Shown piece after piece: positions 28,500 to 38,302 of a stretch of 64,000 nucleotides of DNA. The notes under the pieces were generated by a model. It did not search any database and had not been told where the DNA came from. It worked only from the letters and a program-made list of their open reading frames with translations. The DNA comes from an uncultured Alphaproteobacteria bacterium (GTDB taxonomy: Bacteria; Pseudomonadota; Alphaproteobacteria; Rhizobiales; Xanthobacteraceae). The position numbers were made by a program, and so were the translations under genes. How positions within the stretch are numbered: the first letter of the stretch is position 1; each line of letters opens with the position of its first letter. The stretch spans positions 348,025-412,024 of the forward strand of contig CAVYPW010000003.1 of NCBI GenBank assembly GCA_963770515.1. Reading direction: 5' to 3'.

Positions 28500-29402
28500 T
28501 CATGTCCTCCGCTGCGGATCGACCAGATCGCGCAAACCATCGCCGAGCAGGTTGAAGCAGAACACCGCGATCATCAGCGCCCCGCCGGGAAAGAAAGCCA
28601 CCCACCACTCGCCGGAAATGATGTTGGTGGCGCCCTCCGCCACCATGATTCCCCACTCCGGCGTCGGCGGCTTGACGCCGAGCCCGATGAACGACAGGCC
28701 GGCGGCATTGAGGATGGCGTAACCCATGGTCAGCGACACCTGCACCATCATAATCGGCATGATGTTGGGCAGAATATGCGTCAGCAAAATCCGCATGTCG
28801 CTGTTGCCGGAAAGCCGCGCGGCCTGCACGAAGCCGGCGTCGCGTCGCACATTGGCTTCGGCGCGGGCCACGCGGACGTAAAGCGGGAAATTGATGATCG
28901 CGGTCGCGATCACGATGTTGGTCACGGTATTGCCCAGCGCCGCGACGATGCCCATCGCCAGCACGAATAACGGAAACGCCATGATCGTATCGGAGATGCG
29001 CCCGATGATGCGGTCCGTCCATCCGCCGAAAAAGCCGGCGGCGATCCCGGCGATCCCGCCGATGGCGAGCACCAGGGCAACCGAGGCGACCGCGATCACG
29101 AAATCGAGACGGGTGGCGACGACGACGCGGCTGAAAATATCACGCCCGACCAGATCGGTGCCGAACCAGTGCCGCAGCGAGGGAGACTGCAACGTCGCCG
29201 AGGTGTCGCTGGCAAGCGGATCGTAGGGAACGACATAGGGACCGATCAAGGCGCACAGCGCGATCAGGATAAACAGGCCGAACGACAATCCGGTAACGGG
29301 ATTGTCGGCCACCACATAGATGGCATGGCGGAGTAGCGAGTTGGTCGGCGGTTTCGCCGGAAGGTTTGCGGCCGGCGCCGTCGTCAGGCTGGCTTCGGTC
29401 AT
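28500..29402 (-). CDS. Dpp-type ABC permease (DppC-like)
   Basis: HWFGTDLVGRDIFSR, EAA-like loop HILPN, LSFIGLG..PP.PEWG. Confidence 0.92.
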   Translation of the reverse strand: MTEASLTTAPAANLPAKPPTNSLLRHAIYVVADNPVTGLSFGLFILIALCALIGPYVVPYDPLASDTSATLQSPSLRHWFGTDLVGRDIFSRVVVATRLDFVIAVASVALVLAIGGIAGIAAGFFGGWTDRIIGRISDTIMAFPLFVLAMGIVAALGNTVTNIVIATAIINFPLYVRVARAEANVRRDAGFVQAARLSGNSDMRILLTHILPNIMPIMMVQVSLTMGYAILNAAGLSFIGLGVKPPTPEWGIMVAEGATNIISGEWWVAFFPGGALMIAVFCFNLLGDGLRDLVDPQRRT

Positions 29403-30406
29403 GCATCGACCCTCACGCGCGGATCGATCACGCCATAGAGCATGTCGATGATCAGGTTAAGCGCGACGTAGAGCACCGCCATGGTCAGCACGAAGCCCTG
29501 CACCGGCGCGAAATCCGATTGCAACAGCGCCTCGACCGCGTAAGAGCCGATGCCGGGCCACGCAAAGACCTTCTCCACCAGCACATTGGCGCCGAGCAAA
29601 AACGAGAACACCATGCCGAGCGTGGTCACGACCGGCAGCATCGCGTTGCGGAACGCGTAGGTCAGGATCACCTTGCGGCTGTTGAGGCCGCTGGCGCGCG
29701 CGGTCCGGATGAATTCCGACGCCAGCACCGCCAGCATCGAGGCGCGGGTCATGCGCGTGATCGGCGCCAGCGAAAACACCGCCAGCGTCACCGCCGGCAG
29801 GATCAATTGGCTGAACGCGGCGCGAAAGGTTTCGAAATTTCCGGTGATCAGGCTGTCGATCAGGAAGAAGCCGGTAATGTCAGGCGGACTGGTGGCAAAC
29901 GCATCAAGCCGGCCGAGCGGCGCGGGCGACCAGCCCAGGCGGAAGTAGAACACATAGACCAATAGCAGCCCGGTAAAGAACACCGGCAGCGAGACGCCCG
30001 CGGTCGCGATCACCCGGCATAGATGATCGATCCAGGAGCCCTGCTTGACCGCGGCAAAGATGCCGAGCGGCACCGCGATCGCGATCGCCAGGAACAATCC
30101 GAACAGCGTGAGTTCAGCGGACGCCGGCAGCCGGCTCGAGATTTCAGCGGCGACCGGGCGGCCCGTCGACAGCGAATTACCGAAATTGCCGTGGGCTAGA
30201 TCGTTGACATAGCGCAGGAACTGATCCGGCAGCGACCGGTCGAGCCCGAGCGATTTTCGAATCTCCGCGATCGACTCCGGCGTTGCCGCGGGGCCTGCGA
30301 AATACACCGCCGGATCGCCCGGCAAGACGCGCGTCAGCAGAAACGTCACGATGATCACGCCGATCAGGGTCGGTATGACGGTTGCGAGCCGCTTGAGGAT
30401 CACCAT
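29399..30406 (-). CDS. Dpp-type ABC permease (DppB-like)
   Basis: LPGDPA, GNFGNS, RMTRASM, VEKVFAWPGIG, DPRVR. Confidence 0.92.
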   Translation of the reverse strand: MVILKRLATVIPTLIGVIIVTFLLTRVLPGDPAVYFAGPAATPESIAEIRKSLGLDRSLPDQFLRYVNDLAHGNFGNSLSTGRPVAAEISSRLPASAELTLFGLFLAIAIAVPLGIFAAVKQGSWIDHLCRVIATAGVSLPVFFTGLLLVYVFYFRLGWSPAPLGRLDAFATSPPDITGFFLIDSLITGNFETFRAAFSQLILPAVTLAVFSLAPITRMTRASMLAVLASEFIRTARASGLNSRKVILTYAFRNAMLPVVTTLGMVFSFLLGANVLVEKVFAWPGIGSYAVEALLQSDFAPVQGFVLTMAVLYVALNLIIDMLYGVIDPRVRVDA

Positions 30407-30483
30407 GATGTTCGAACTCCAGAATGGTCCGCGCCCGCGTCCTTGCGTCGTTTAGCGGCTAACGGCTGCGCCGCGATTGGCCT

Positions 30484-32103
30484 TTAACCCTTGACGATCG
30501 AGCGGTAATCGAGCTGACGGTGGAACCAGTAGGTGTAGCCGGAAATGTTCTTCTGCGTGGCGACGTTGAGGAACGGCTGGAACAGCGGAATCCGCGGCGC
30601 CTCGTCAAAAGCCTTGGTGATGAAGCCCTCGACGTCCTTGGCGTATTTGTCCTTGTCGCCGATCGCAGCCGCCGCTCGCGCGCCGTCGATCAGCGCGTCC
30701 ATGTCCGGATTGACATAACTCGAGGTGTTGAAGATCGCGTTCTGGCCGGAATAGCACCAGAAGAAGAAGTATTCGGGATAGTCGAGCCAGCCGGAGAAGA
30801 AGTTGATCATCAGCGGCATGCTTTTCTTCGCCATCTCGCTGCGCCAATTGGCGCCCGGCACCTTGTTGATCGAAGTCTTGATGCCGATCTGGCCAAGGCT
30901 CTCCTGCACCAATACCGAGATCGGCTCGCAGATATCGCCGGCGCCGAGGTCATAGGAGATCGTGGTGTCGATGCCGGAAACGCCGCTCTCGGCCATCAGC
31001 GCCTTGGCCTTCGCCATGTCGTTGGCGTAGCCGGTCTTGGCCGGCCAGGCGATATCGGTGACCTTGTTGGAGGGACCGCCAAACAAGGGATTGGCGAGGC
31101 CGAACATCGCCGCGTCCATGATCTTCTGATAGGGCAGCGCATAGGCCACCGCCTGACGAACCTTCGGATTGTCGAACGGCGGATTCTTCACGTTCAGCTC
31201 GACCGAGTACATGCCGTTGCCGATCGGATTGGAGATGACGACGAGCTTGCTCTCCTTTTTCATCTCGAAGGTATCTTTACTCGAGAGATCAAAGGAGATG
31301 TCGGCGTCGCCGCGCTCCATCAAGGCGCGGCGATTACCCTGTGAGGGAACGGTGCGCCAGATCACCCTCTTGAGCTGAGGCAGCTTGCCGCCGACCCAAT
31401 CCTCGTGGCGCTCGTAGACGACTTCAACACCCGGCTTCCAGCTCGTCACTTTATAGGCGCCGCTGCCGGCGGTGTTGCTCTTGGTATAGTCCAGAGCCCA
31501 CGGGTCTTTTTCCGTGGCTTTCTTCTTCAACAGTTCGGAGTTGTAGACGCTCGGCACGATCACCGCGAGATCGGGAAGCGTGAGGCGATCCTTCCTGGCG
31601 AAATCGACGCGAATGGTGCTGTCGTCGACAAGGACAAACTGATCCTTGTTGGAAAGCGAGCCGGCCTTCATCTGCACCGTCGGAAAGCCGCCGACCGTGA
31701 CCGACCGATCGAGCGACCATTTGACGTCCCTGGCCGTGACCGGCGTGCCGTCGTGGAATTTGGCGTTCTTCTTCAATTTGAACGTCACCGACATGTCGCC
31801 GACGTTCATATCCTCGGCCAACTCCAGCTTGAACTTGTCGCGATCGTAAGACAGCGAGCCGTCGGGAAGCGTTTTCGTTTCATGGCTGATGAGCCGGTCG
31901 TAGCAATTCCACGACGTCTCGTAGCCCGGCCGGTTGGTGCCGACGCCATGAATATCGAGATTGTTGGGACCGCCTTCGGTGACCACCAGCAATGTTTCCG
32001 ACCGCGCATCGGCTTTCGCCGGCGACCAGATCGCGGGCGCCTGCACGGTCGCAGCCCCGACCGCAAGGCCGGAAACGGATTTGAGAAAATCGCGGCGCTT
32101 CAT
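30484..32103 (-). CDS. Dpp-type (family 5) ABC substrate-binding protein, Tat-exported
   Basis: MKRRDFLKS twin-arginine signal, FKLKKNAKFHDGTPVTARDVKWS, VRQAVAYA. Confidence 0.92.
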   Translation of the reverse strand: MKRRDFLKSVSGLAVGAATVQAPAIWSPAKADARSETLLVVTEGGPNNLDIHGVGTNRPGYETSWNCYDRLISHETKTLPDGSLSYDRDKFKLELAEDMNVGDMSVTFKLKKNAKFHDGTPVTARDVKWSLDRSVTVGGFPTVQMKAGSLSNKDQFVLVDDSTIRVDFARKDRLTLPDLAVIVPSVYNSELLKKKATEKDPWALDYTKSNTAGSGAYKVTSWKPGVEVVYERHEDWVGGKLPQLKRVIWRTVPSQGNRRALMERGDADISFDLSSKDTFEMKKESKLVVISNPIGNGMYSVELNVKNPPFDNPKVRQAVAYALPYQKIMDAAMFGLANPLFGGPSNKVTDIAWPAKTGYANDMAKAKALMAESGVSGIDTTISYDLGAGDICEPISVLVQESLGQIGIKTSINKVPGANWRSEMAKKSMPLMINFFSGWLDYPEYFFFWCYSGQNAIFNTSSYVNPDMDALIDGARAAAAIGDKDKYAKDVEGFITKAFDEAPRIPLFQPFLNVATQKNISGYTYWFHRQLDYRSIVKG

Positions 32104-32146
32104 CGGATACTCCAGCACACAAAGGGATCGGTTCTGGAACCAGCTT

Positions 32147-32162
32147 CGCAAGGTTCGTGCCA
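32147..32162 (-). promoter_or_regulatory. Sigma54 -24/-12 promoter for the dpp-atzGEH-gntR operon
   Basis: Minus strand TGGCAC-GAACC-TTGCG with exact GG-N10-GC spacing, 44 bp upstream of the SBP start. Confidence 0.75.
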
Positions 32163-32166
32163 AGGC

Positions 32167-32192
32167 TTAACCATTGGTTAACCGGCGGTTAA
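32167..32192. promoter_or_regulatory. TTAA-N7-TTAA-N7-TTAA: two overlapping CtrA-consensus sites
   Basis: TTAA ccattgg TTAA ccggcgg TTAA; the CtrA consensus is TTAA-N7-TTAA(C). Confidence 0.6.
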
Positions 32193-32401
32193 ATCCCTGA
32201 TTTGGCTTGTCGATCGTGGGCCGGCTGCGACCGCGGCGGTGGCGCGGCCGCAAAAATTCATTGCATACAGAGAAATAAACTTGCTGAATTAATAGGCAGG
32301 GATTTCTGACCCTTTATGGCCTCCCAGAGCCGGCCGTCGCACCACGCAACCAGCGGCGGATAGCGCGGATTTGTGCTCTAAAAATCAGGCGTGAGAATGC
32401 G

Positions 32402-33442
32402 TTGAACCTTTTTTCCCGGCCATCGACATTATTACGGGGGGACAAACTGCCCGTGTACACCCGCGCCGGCCTTTCGCGGACCGTCATCATGTTCGCTGCA
32501 TTGCTTTTGACGGCCGTCACGACGAGCGCGCCTGCGCGTGAGTTTCGCGCCGCAGACACCCAGAGCGAGGACTATCCGACCGTCCAGGCGCTGCGGTTCA
32601 TGGGCCGGCTGATCGAGGAGAAAACGGGCGGCCGGCTGCAGATCCGCGTATTCCATTCGCGCCAGCTCGGCGAAGAAAAGGAAACCATCGAGCAGACCCG
32701 CGCCGGCGCCATCGATCTCAACCGCACCAACGTGGCGCTGATCGGGACCTTCGTGCCGGCCATGAACGTGCTGGCGATGCCGTTTCTGTTCCGCTCCATC
32801 GAGCATTTGCAGAACGTGCTGGATGGCCCGATCGGCGACGAAATCCTGGGCAGCTTCGAGCCGTATGGCTTCGTTGGCCTCGCCTTCTACGATTCCGGCG
32901 CACGATCGATCTACAACAGCGTCAGGCCGATCCGCTCGCTCGCCGACATGAAGGGTTTGAGGCTTCGCGTGCAGCAATCGGAACTGATGTCCGACATGAT
33001 CAAGGCACTCGGCGCCGAGCCGATCGAATTGCCCTACGGGCAAGTCCGTACCGGCCTTGCCACCAAGCTGATCGATGGTGCGGAAAACAACTGGCCGTCC
33101 TTTGTCACCACCGACCATTACAAATATGCCGGCTTCTATACGCTCACCGAGCATACGATGAGCCCCGAGGTGCTGGTGATGTCGCACAAGGCCTGGACGA
33201 GTCTGTCGGCGGAAGATCAGGCGATCTTTCACGACGCCGCCCGGCAGTCGAGCCGCTTCATGCGCGGGCGCTGGAAGGACCTCGAGGAGCAATCGCGCCG
33301 GCAGGCGCGATCAGCCGGCGTGACGATCGTGAGCGACTTCGACCGCAAGCCGTTCGAAGCGGCGATGGATGGCCTTTACGCCAAGGCCAGGCGCGATCCG
33401 GCCGCAGCTGCGCTGATCGAACGAATTCGCAAGGTCAACTGA
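32402..33442 (+). CDS. TRAP transporter substrate-binding protein (DctP family), with no dctQM nearby
   Basis: Signal peptide, QLGEEKETIEQ, LRLRVQ (conserved Arg), DGAENN, LTEHTMSPEVL. Confidence 0.92.
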   Translation: MNLFSRPSTLLRGDKLPVYTRAGLSRTVIMFAALLLTAVTTSAPAREFRAADTQSEDYPTVQALRFMGRLIEEKTGGRLQIRVFHSRQLGEEKETIEQTRAGAIDLNRTNVALIGTFVPAMNVLAMPFLFRSIEHLQNVLDGPIGDEILGSFEPYGFVGLAFYDSGARSIYNSVRPIRSLADMKGLRLRVQQSELMSDMIKALGAEPIELPYGQVRTGLATKLIDGAENNWPSFVTTDHYKYAGFYTLTEHTMSPEVLVMSHKAWTSLSAEDQAIFHDAARQSSRFMRGRWKDLEEQSRRQARSAGVTIVSDFDRKPFEAAMDGLYAKARRDPAAAALIERIRKVN

Positions 33443-33443
33443 A

Positions 33444-35531
33444 TTGCAGCAGGAAGCGCACCAGCACGCGACCATGGAAGCGCCCGCGACTTTCGCCGGG
33501 CGCGGCCATTCGCGGCTGGTCGCGCTGGTGCGCGCGGTGCCGATCCGCTGGCGTATCCTATCGATCGCGGCGCTGAATTCGGCCGTCGTCGTGGTGCTGG
33601 TCGCGCTGATCTGGAACGGCGTCCAGGTTCTGGGGTCGGCCTGGGACGATGTGCGACAGGCGCGAGAATCCGACAACATCCTGGCGCGGCTCGAGAGCGA
33701 AACCGGCCATCTGCAAAACCTGATCCATCGCTATATCAACCAGCCGAGCCCGGAAATGTTCGCCGAGATCTCGCATGTGCGCGAGACGATGCTGGGCACC
33801 CTGACGACGCGGGCCTCGACCGATCCGATGCTTTCCGGCTCGGTCGAGCGGCTCGAGCGTGTCACCGAGCGCTTCCTCAACGGCTTCAGCCAATTGAGCG
33901 CGGTCCAGGCCACGATCACGAAGACCTATGAGGATGAGGTCCTCACGCCGGCCCGCGACATGGCCGGGCTTTATTCGATCATCGAGGGCGCCACCGGCCA
34001 CCGCGATGCGCTGATCTGGCCCTCGCTCGGCAAATCCCGCGAGGCCTTCACGACCATGCTGGTGGCCGCCAACTCCTATTATCTCTCGCTGGCGACAGCT
34101 TCCGCCGAAGAAGCGAGCCGCAACATCGAGACCATCCAGCAGACCATCCCCGTAATGATCGACCTCGCCGACAACGATCTGCAACGGATGGCATTGCAAC
34201 GGCTGAACGCGCGAAGCAAGGCGCTCGGCGAAGGCCTTGCGAAACTGTCGGCGCAGCTGACCAACCGCACCGAGCTTTTGCGCGACGCGATCGACGCGAG
34301 CCAGGCCGAGGCTTCCGGCGCCATCGATGAATTGTCGGTCAAGATGCGCCGGCGGGAGCAGAGAGCGCAGGAGACCTTCGACCAGACACTTGCCGACATT
34401 TCCCGAAAAGTGCTTTCGATCGCCGTGATCTTCCTAGGGATCATCATCACCGCCGGGGTTTTGATCGCGCTGTCGATCCGCCTGCCGTTGCAGCAGATCA
34501 TGACTTCGATGCACGCGATCACCTCAGGCGACTACAATCGCAAAGTTCAGGGCACCGGCGCCAACGACGAGGTCGGCGAGATGGCGCGCGCGGTGGAAGT
34601 GTTCCGCGAAAACGCCATCGCCAAGCGGAAGACCGAAGACGAATTACGCGCCTCCAAGGAAAAGGCGGAGAACGCGCTGCACGAGCTCAATGCGGCGCAG
34701 CAGAACCTGATCGACGCCGAACGTCTGGCGGCGCTCGGCGGCCTGGTCGCGGGCGTGGCCCATGAAGTGAACAACCCGATCGGCATCAGCCTGACGGTTG
34801 CCTCGAGTTTCGCACGCCGCACCGAGGCGTTCGAGGACGAACTGAGGAGCAGCAACGGATTACGACGCTCGCAGCTCGACGAATTCGTCAGGACCTCGCG
34901 CGACGCCGCCCAGCAACTGGTGGGCAATCTGCACCGCGCCGGCGAACTCATTCAGTCCTTCAAGCAGGTCGCGGTCGACCGCTCGCATGCCGAGCGGCGG
35001 ACCTTCAATCTGAATGAGGCGACCGACCAGATCATCGCGAGCCTGCGGCCCGCGCTGAAGAAGGCGTCGATCGCGCTGTCGGTCGAAGTGCCTGAAAACC
35101 TCGTCATCGACGGCTATCCCGGCTCTTACGGCCAAATTCTGACCAACCTGTTCCTGAACGCCGCGACCCATGCCTTTCCCGACGGGCGCTCGGGGACCAT
35201 TACGATCTCGGCCAAGCCGCGCGGCAGCGACGATGTCGAGATCACATTTGCCGACGACGGCGCCGGCATGACGCCCGACGTGCAGCGCCAGGCGTTCGAC
35301 CCCTTCTTCACCACGCGCCGCAACGAAGGCGGCACCGGACTTGGCCTGCACATCGTTTATAATCTCGTGACCCAGCAGCTGGGCGGCCGGATGATGCTCG
35401 ATTCAAGGCCGGGACAAGGCACCACGTTTCGCATTATCATGCCCAAAGCCGCCAAGGGCGGTCAGCCAACCGAAAACCAGGATCGCGACAGGACTTCTGC
35501 ATGGCCGAACAGGACGATGTCCTCCACCTGA
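33444..35531 (+). CDS. Membrane sensor histidine kinase (periplasmic helical domain, HAMP, HisKA, HATPase)
   Basis: Two TM segments around a ~290-aa helical periplasmic region, DEVGEMARA HAMP, GVAHEVNNP H-box, DDGAGM, GGTGLGL. The start may be 33474. Confidence 0.9.
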   Translation: MQQEAHQHATMEAPATFAGRGHSRLVALVRAVPIRWRILSIAALNSAVVVVLVALIWNGVQVLGSAWDDVRQARESDNILARLESETGHLQNLIHRYINQPSPEMFAEISHVRETMLGTLTTRASTDPMLSGSVERLERVTERFLNGFSQLSAVQATITKTYEDEVLTPARDMAGLYSIIEGATGHRDALIWPSLGKSREAFTTMLVAANSYYLSLATASAEEASRNIETIQQTIPVMIDLADNDLQRMALQRLNARSKALGEGLAKLSAQLTNRTELLRDAIDASQAEASGAIDELSVKMRRREQRAQETFDQTLADISRKVLSIAVIFLGIIITAGVLIALSIRLPLQQIMTSMHAITSGDYNRKVQGTGANDEVGEMARAVEVFRENAIAKRKTEDELRASKEKAENALHELNAAQQNLIDAERLAALGGLVAGVAHEVNNPIGISLTVASSFARRTEAFEDELRSSNGLRRSQLDEFVRTSRDAAQQLVGNLHRAGELIQSFKQVAVDRSHAERRTFNLNEATDQIIASLRPALKKASIALSVEVPENLVIDGYPGSYGQILTNLFLNAATHAFPDGRSGTITISAKPRGSDDVEITFADDGAGMTPDVQRQAFDPFFTTRRNEGGTGLGLHIVYNLVTQQLGGRMMLDSRPGQGTTFRIIMPKAAKGGQPTENQDRDRTSAWPNRTMSST

Positions 35532-37243
35532 TCGACGATTCCGGTGCCGACCCGGAAATCTCCGGCGCGCGCAAATGGAAGATCGCGGTCATCGACGACG
35601 ATCAGGCGGTGCATGAGGGCACCCGCTTTGCGCTGAGCGATTACAGCCTCAACGGACAGGGCCTCGAAATCCTGTCGGCCTATTCCGGCAGCGAGGGGCG
35701 GACGCTGATGCGCGCGCATCCGGACATCGCCGCGGTGCTGCTCGACGTCATTATGGAGACCGACGCCGCCGGTCTAGATCTCGTCGAATATATCCGCAAC
35801 GAGCTTCGTAACGAGACGGTCCGCATCATCCTGCGCACCGGGCAGCCCGGACAGGCGCCCGAGCGCCGCGTGATCGTCCAGTACGACATCAACGACTACA
35901 AGGCGAAGACGGAACTCACCGCCGACAAGCTGTTTACCTCGCTCACCGCGGCGTTGCGCAGCTATCAGCAGCTCGAACGCATGGTCCAGACCCGGCGCGG
36001 ACTGGAAATCATCATCGACGCCGCCTCGACGCTTTACGATTTCAAATCGATGCAGCGCCTGGCCGAGGGCGTACTGACGCAGATCGCCTCACTCCTCAAC
36101 GTCGATTGCGCCGGCATCCTGGTGCTGCGCGACGGCGGCGCGACCAACGACGATTTTTCGGTGTTGGCGGGCTCCGGCTGCTACAGCCGTTTCATTGGCA
36201 CTACAAGTGCCAAGTCGCTCGATGCCGATTTGCGCACGATGGTCGAAGCCGCCTTTCGGCGCCGCAAGCACGAATTCGTCGATCAGCGCACCGTGCTCTA
36301 CATCCGCACCGGCAGCGGGCGCGAGGTCGTGGTGCTGCTGCAAGCCGAGCGGCAACTGTCGGAGACTGACCGTTCGCTGGTCGAGATCTTCGGCAGCCGG
36401 CTTTCGATCGCCTTCGACAACGTCATCCTCTACCAGCAGCTCCAGCAGGCCAATACCCAGCTCGAGGACCGCGTCACCCAACGCACCCGCGCGTTGATGC
36501 AAGCCAATCGCCGGCTCTCGGCGCAATGGCTGCGGCTGCAACGCGCCAACGGCTTCAAGAACGAGATTCTCGGCACCGTCGCCCACGACCTGAAGAATCC
36601 GCTGAGCGTGATTCTCGGCCGCACCGAAATGCTGACCGAACTGATCGCCGCCGGCTCCTCCCGCGACAACGTCACCTCGCAGATCGAGCATATCCGCGAC
36701 GCCACCAAGCATCTGACCTCGATGGTCGATCACCTGATCTCGGATGCGATGGCGGATGCGTTCGACATCACCATCCGCCGCGAACCGGTCGATATCGCAG
36801 CCCTGGTCGGCGAAGTGGCCGATGCCAATCAACCGCTCGCCGTCAACAAACAGCAATCGATTACCGTTGCCGCCTCCCCCAACCTCACCATCACCTGCGA
36901 TGCGGACCGAATCCGCGAGGCCATCGACAATCTCATCAGCAATGCCATCAAATACAGCCCGATCGGCGGCAAGATTTCGGTGCAGGTCGGTCAGGATTTA
37001 AAAATGACCGCTATCCGCGTCGTCGACGAAGGCGCCGGGCTCTCGCCGGAGGACCTAGGCCGGCTATTCGGGCGTTTCCAGCGGTTGTCCGCCAAGCCCA
37101 CAGCCGGCGAGAGCTCGACCGGACTGGGATTATCGATCGTCAAACGCATTATTGACATGCATGGCGGCGAGGTTACGGCCAACAGCGCCGGGCCTGGACA
37201 AGGCTCGACATTCACCATCACATTGCCGGCAGCAGACGTGTAA
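35501..37243 (+). CDS. Cytoplasmic hybrid: receiver + DUF3369-like domain + histidine kinase
   Basis: VIDDD...LLDVIME receiver, RIILRTGQPGQAPE and INDYKAKTELT typical of DUF3369 proteins, VAHDLKNP H-box, STGLGL; no TM segment. Confidence 0.85.
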   Translation: MAEQDDVLHLIDDSGADPEISGARKWKIAVIDDDQAVHEGTRFALSDYSLNGQGLEILSAYSGSEGRTLMRAHPDIAAVLLDVIMETDAAGLDLVEYIRNELRNETVRIILRTGQPGQAPERRVIVQYDINDYKAKTELTADKLFTSLTAALRSYQQLERMVQTRRGLEIIIDAASTLYDFKSMQRLAEGVLTQIASLLNVDCAGILVLRDGGATNDDFSVLAGSGCYSRFIGTTSAKSLDADLRTMVEAAFRRRKHEFVDQRTVLYIRTGSGREVVVLLQAERQLSETDRSLVEIFGSRLSIAFDNVILYQQLQQANTQLEDRVTQRTRALMQANRRLSAQWLRLQRANGFKNEILGTVAHDLKNPLSVILGRTEMLTELIAAGSSRDNVTSQIEHIRDATKHLTSMVDHLISDAMADAFDITIRREPVDIAALVGEVADANQPLAVNKQQSITVAASPNLTITCDADRIREAIDNLISNAIKYSPIGGKISVQVGQDLKMTAIRVVDEGAGLSPEDLGRLFGRFQRLSAKPTAGESSTGLGLSIVKRIIDMHGGEVTANSAGPGQGSTFTITLPAADV

Positions 37244-37247
37244 TCCC

Positions 37248-37988
37248 ATGAGTCAAAGTCAGCACATCATCATCGTCGACGACGAGGCACCGGCCCGCGA
37301 AATGGTCGGCGATTATCTCAAGATGCACGGTTTTACCGTGACGCTTTGCGACGGCGGCAAGAGCCTGCGCGGGGTGATCGAAAACAACGTGCCCGATCTG
37401 GTGGTGCTCGACCTGAACATGCCGGAAGAAGACGGGCTTTCGATCATTCGCGACTTGAAAAGCCGTACCAACGTACCTGTGATCATGTTGACGGCCACCG
37501 CGAGCCCGATCGATCGTGTGGTCGGGCTCGAGCTTGGCGCCGACGACTACGTGGCAAAACCCTGCGAACTGCGCGAACTGATGGCGCGGATCCGCTCGGT
37601 GTTGCGGCGTAGCACGCCGGCCCGGGCGCAGGCCGCCGGTGACGCCAACGGAGCGAAGGCGGACAAGGATTCGCTGGTTCGGTTCGGCACCAAGTGGCTC
37701 GATCTTCAGGCGCAGGCGCTACGCGACGATGAAGGCAACGAACATCCGTTGACGGCCTCCGAATTCGGGCTGCTCAAGGTCTTTGCCGCCAACCCGAAAC
37801 GCGTACTGTCGCGCGAGCGGCTTCTGGAACTCGCCAACGCCCGCGACAGCGAAGCTTTCGATCGCGCCGTTGACCTTCGCATCATGCGCATTCGCCGCAA
37901 GATCGAGATCGATCCCACCAAACCCGCCGTGATCAGGACAATTCGTGGCGGCGGATATCTGTTCTCGCCCGCTGGTGACAAGACCTGA
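37248..37988 (+). CDS. OmpR-family response regulator
   Basis: IVDDE, VLDLNMP, GADDYVAKP, DRAVDLRIMRIRRKIE, IRTIRGGGY. Confidence 0.93.
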   Translation: MSQSQHIIIVDDEAPAREMVGDYLKMHGFTVTLCDGGKSLRGVIENNVPDLVVLDLNMPEEDGLSIIRDLKSRTNVPVIMLTATASPIDRVVGLELGADDYVAKPCELRELMARIRSVLRRSTPARAQAAGDANGAKADKDSLVRFGTKWLDLQAQALRDDEGNEHPLTASEFGLLKVFAANPKRVLSRERLLELANARDSEAFDRAVDLRIMRIRRKIEIDPTKPAVIRTIRGGGYLFSPAGDKT

Positions 37989-38302
37989 AGCGGCCCCACT
38001 CGATCTTCCGGCTCCCTGTGCGGCAACGGAACAACAGCCTTCTTCAAAGTGTCGCAAGCCGAGTGCCCGTTCTGGATTTCAGCGCGCCGATGCAGTAGTC
38101 ATGCAGAGATGATCGGGACCCTTCGAGGTCCGCGCAAGCGTCCAGCCGGCGAGCGGCTTTTCTCCGCAACCTGCCAGGCGCATTCGCGCCAAGATCATAT
38201 TTAAACAACAACGCGGAACGCGATGGCGATCCGGCCTCGAGCCATCGTGCTTTTGGCTTTTCGGCATGGTCCGGCGCCGTGCCGCCTCTTTGAGGGTGAC
38301 CG

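Noticed and set aside
28409-28540. 44-aa N-terminal extension on the double ABC ATPase
   Set aside because: It is a translation of the palindromic repeat at 28427..28497 and the permease end. The real start is ATG 28408.
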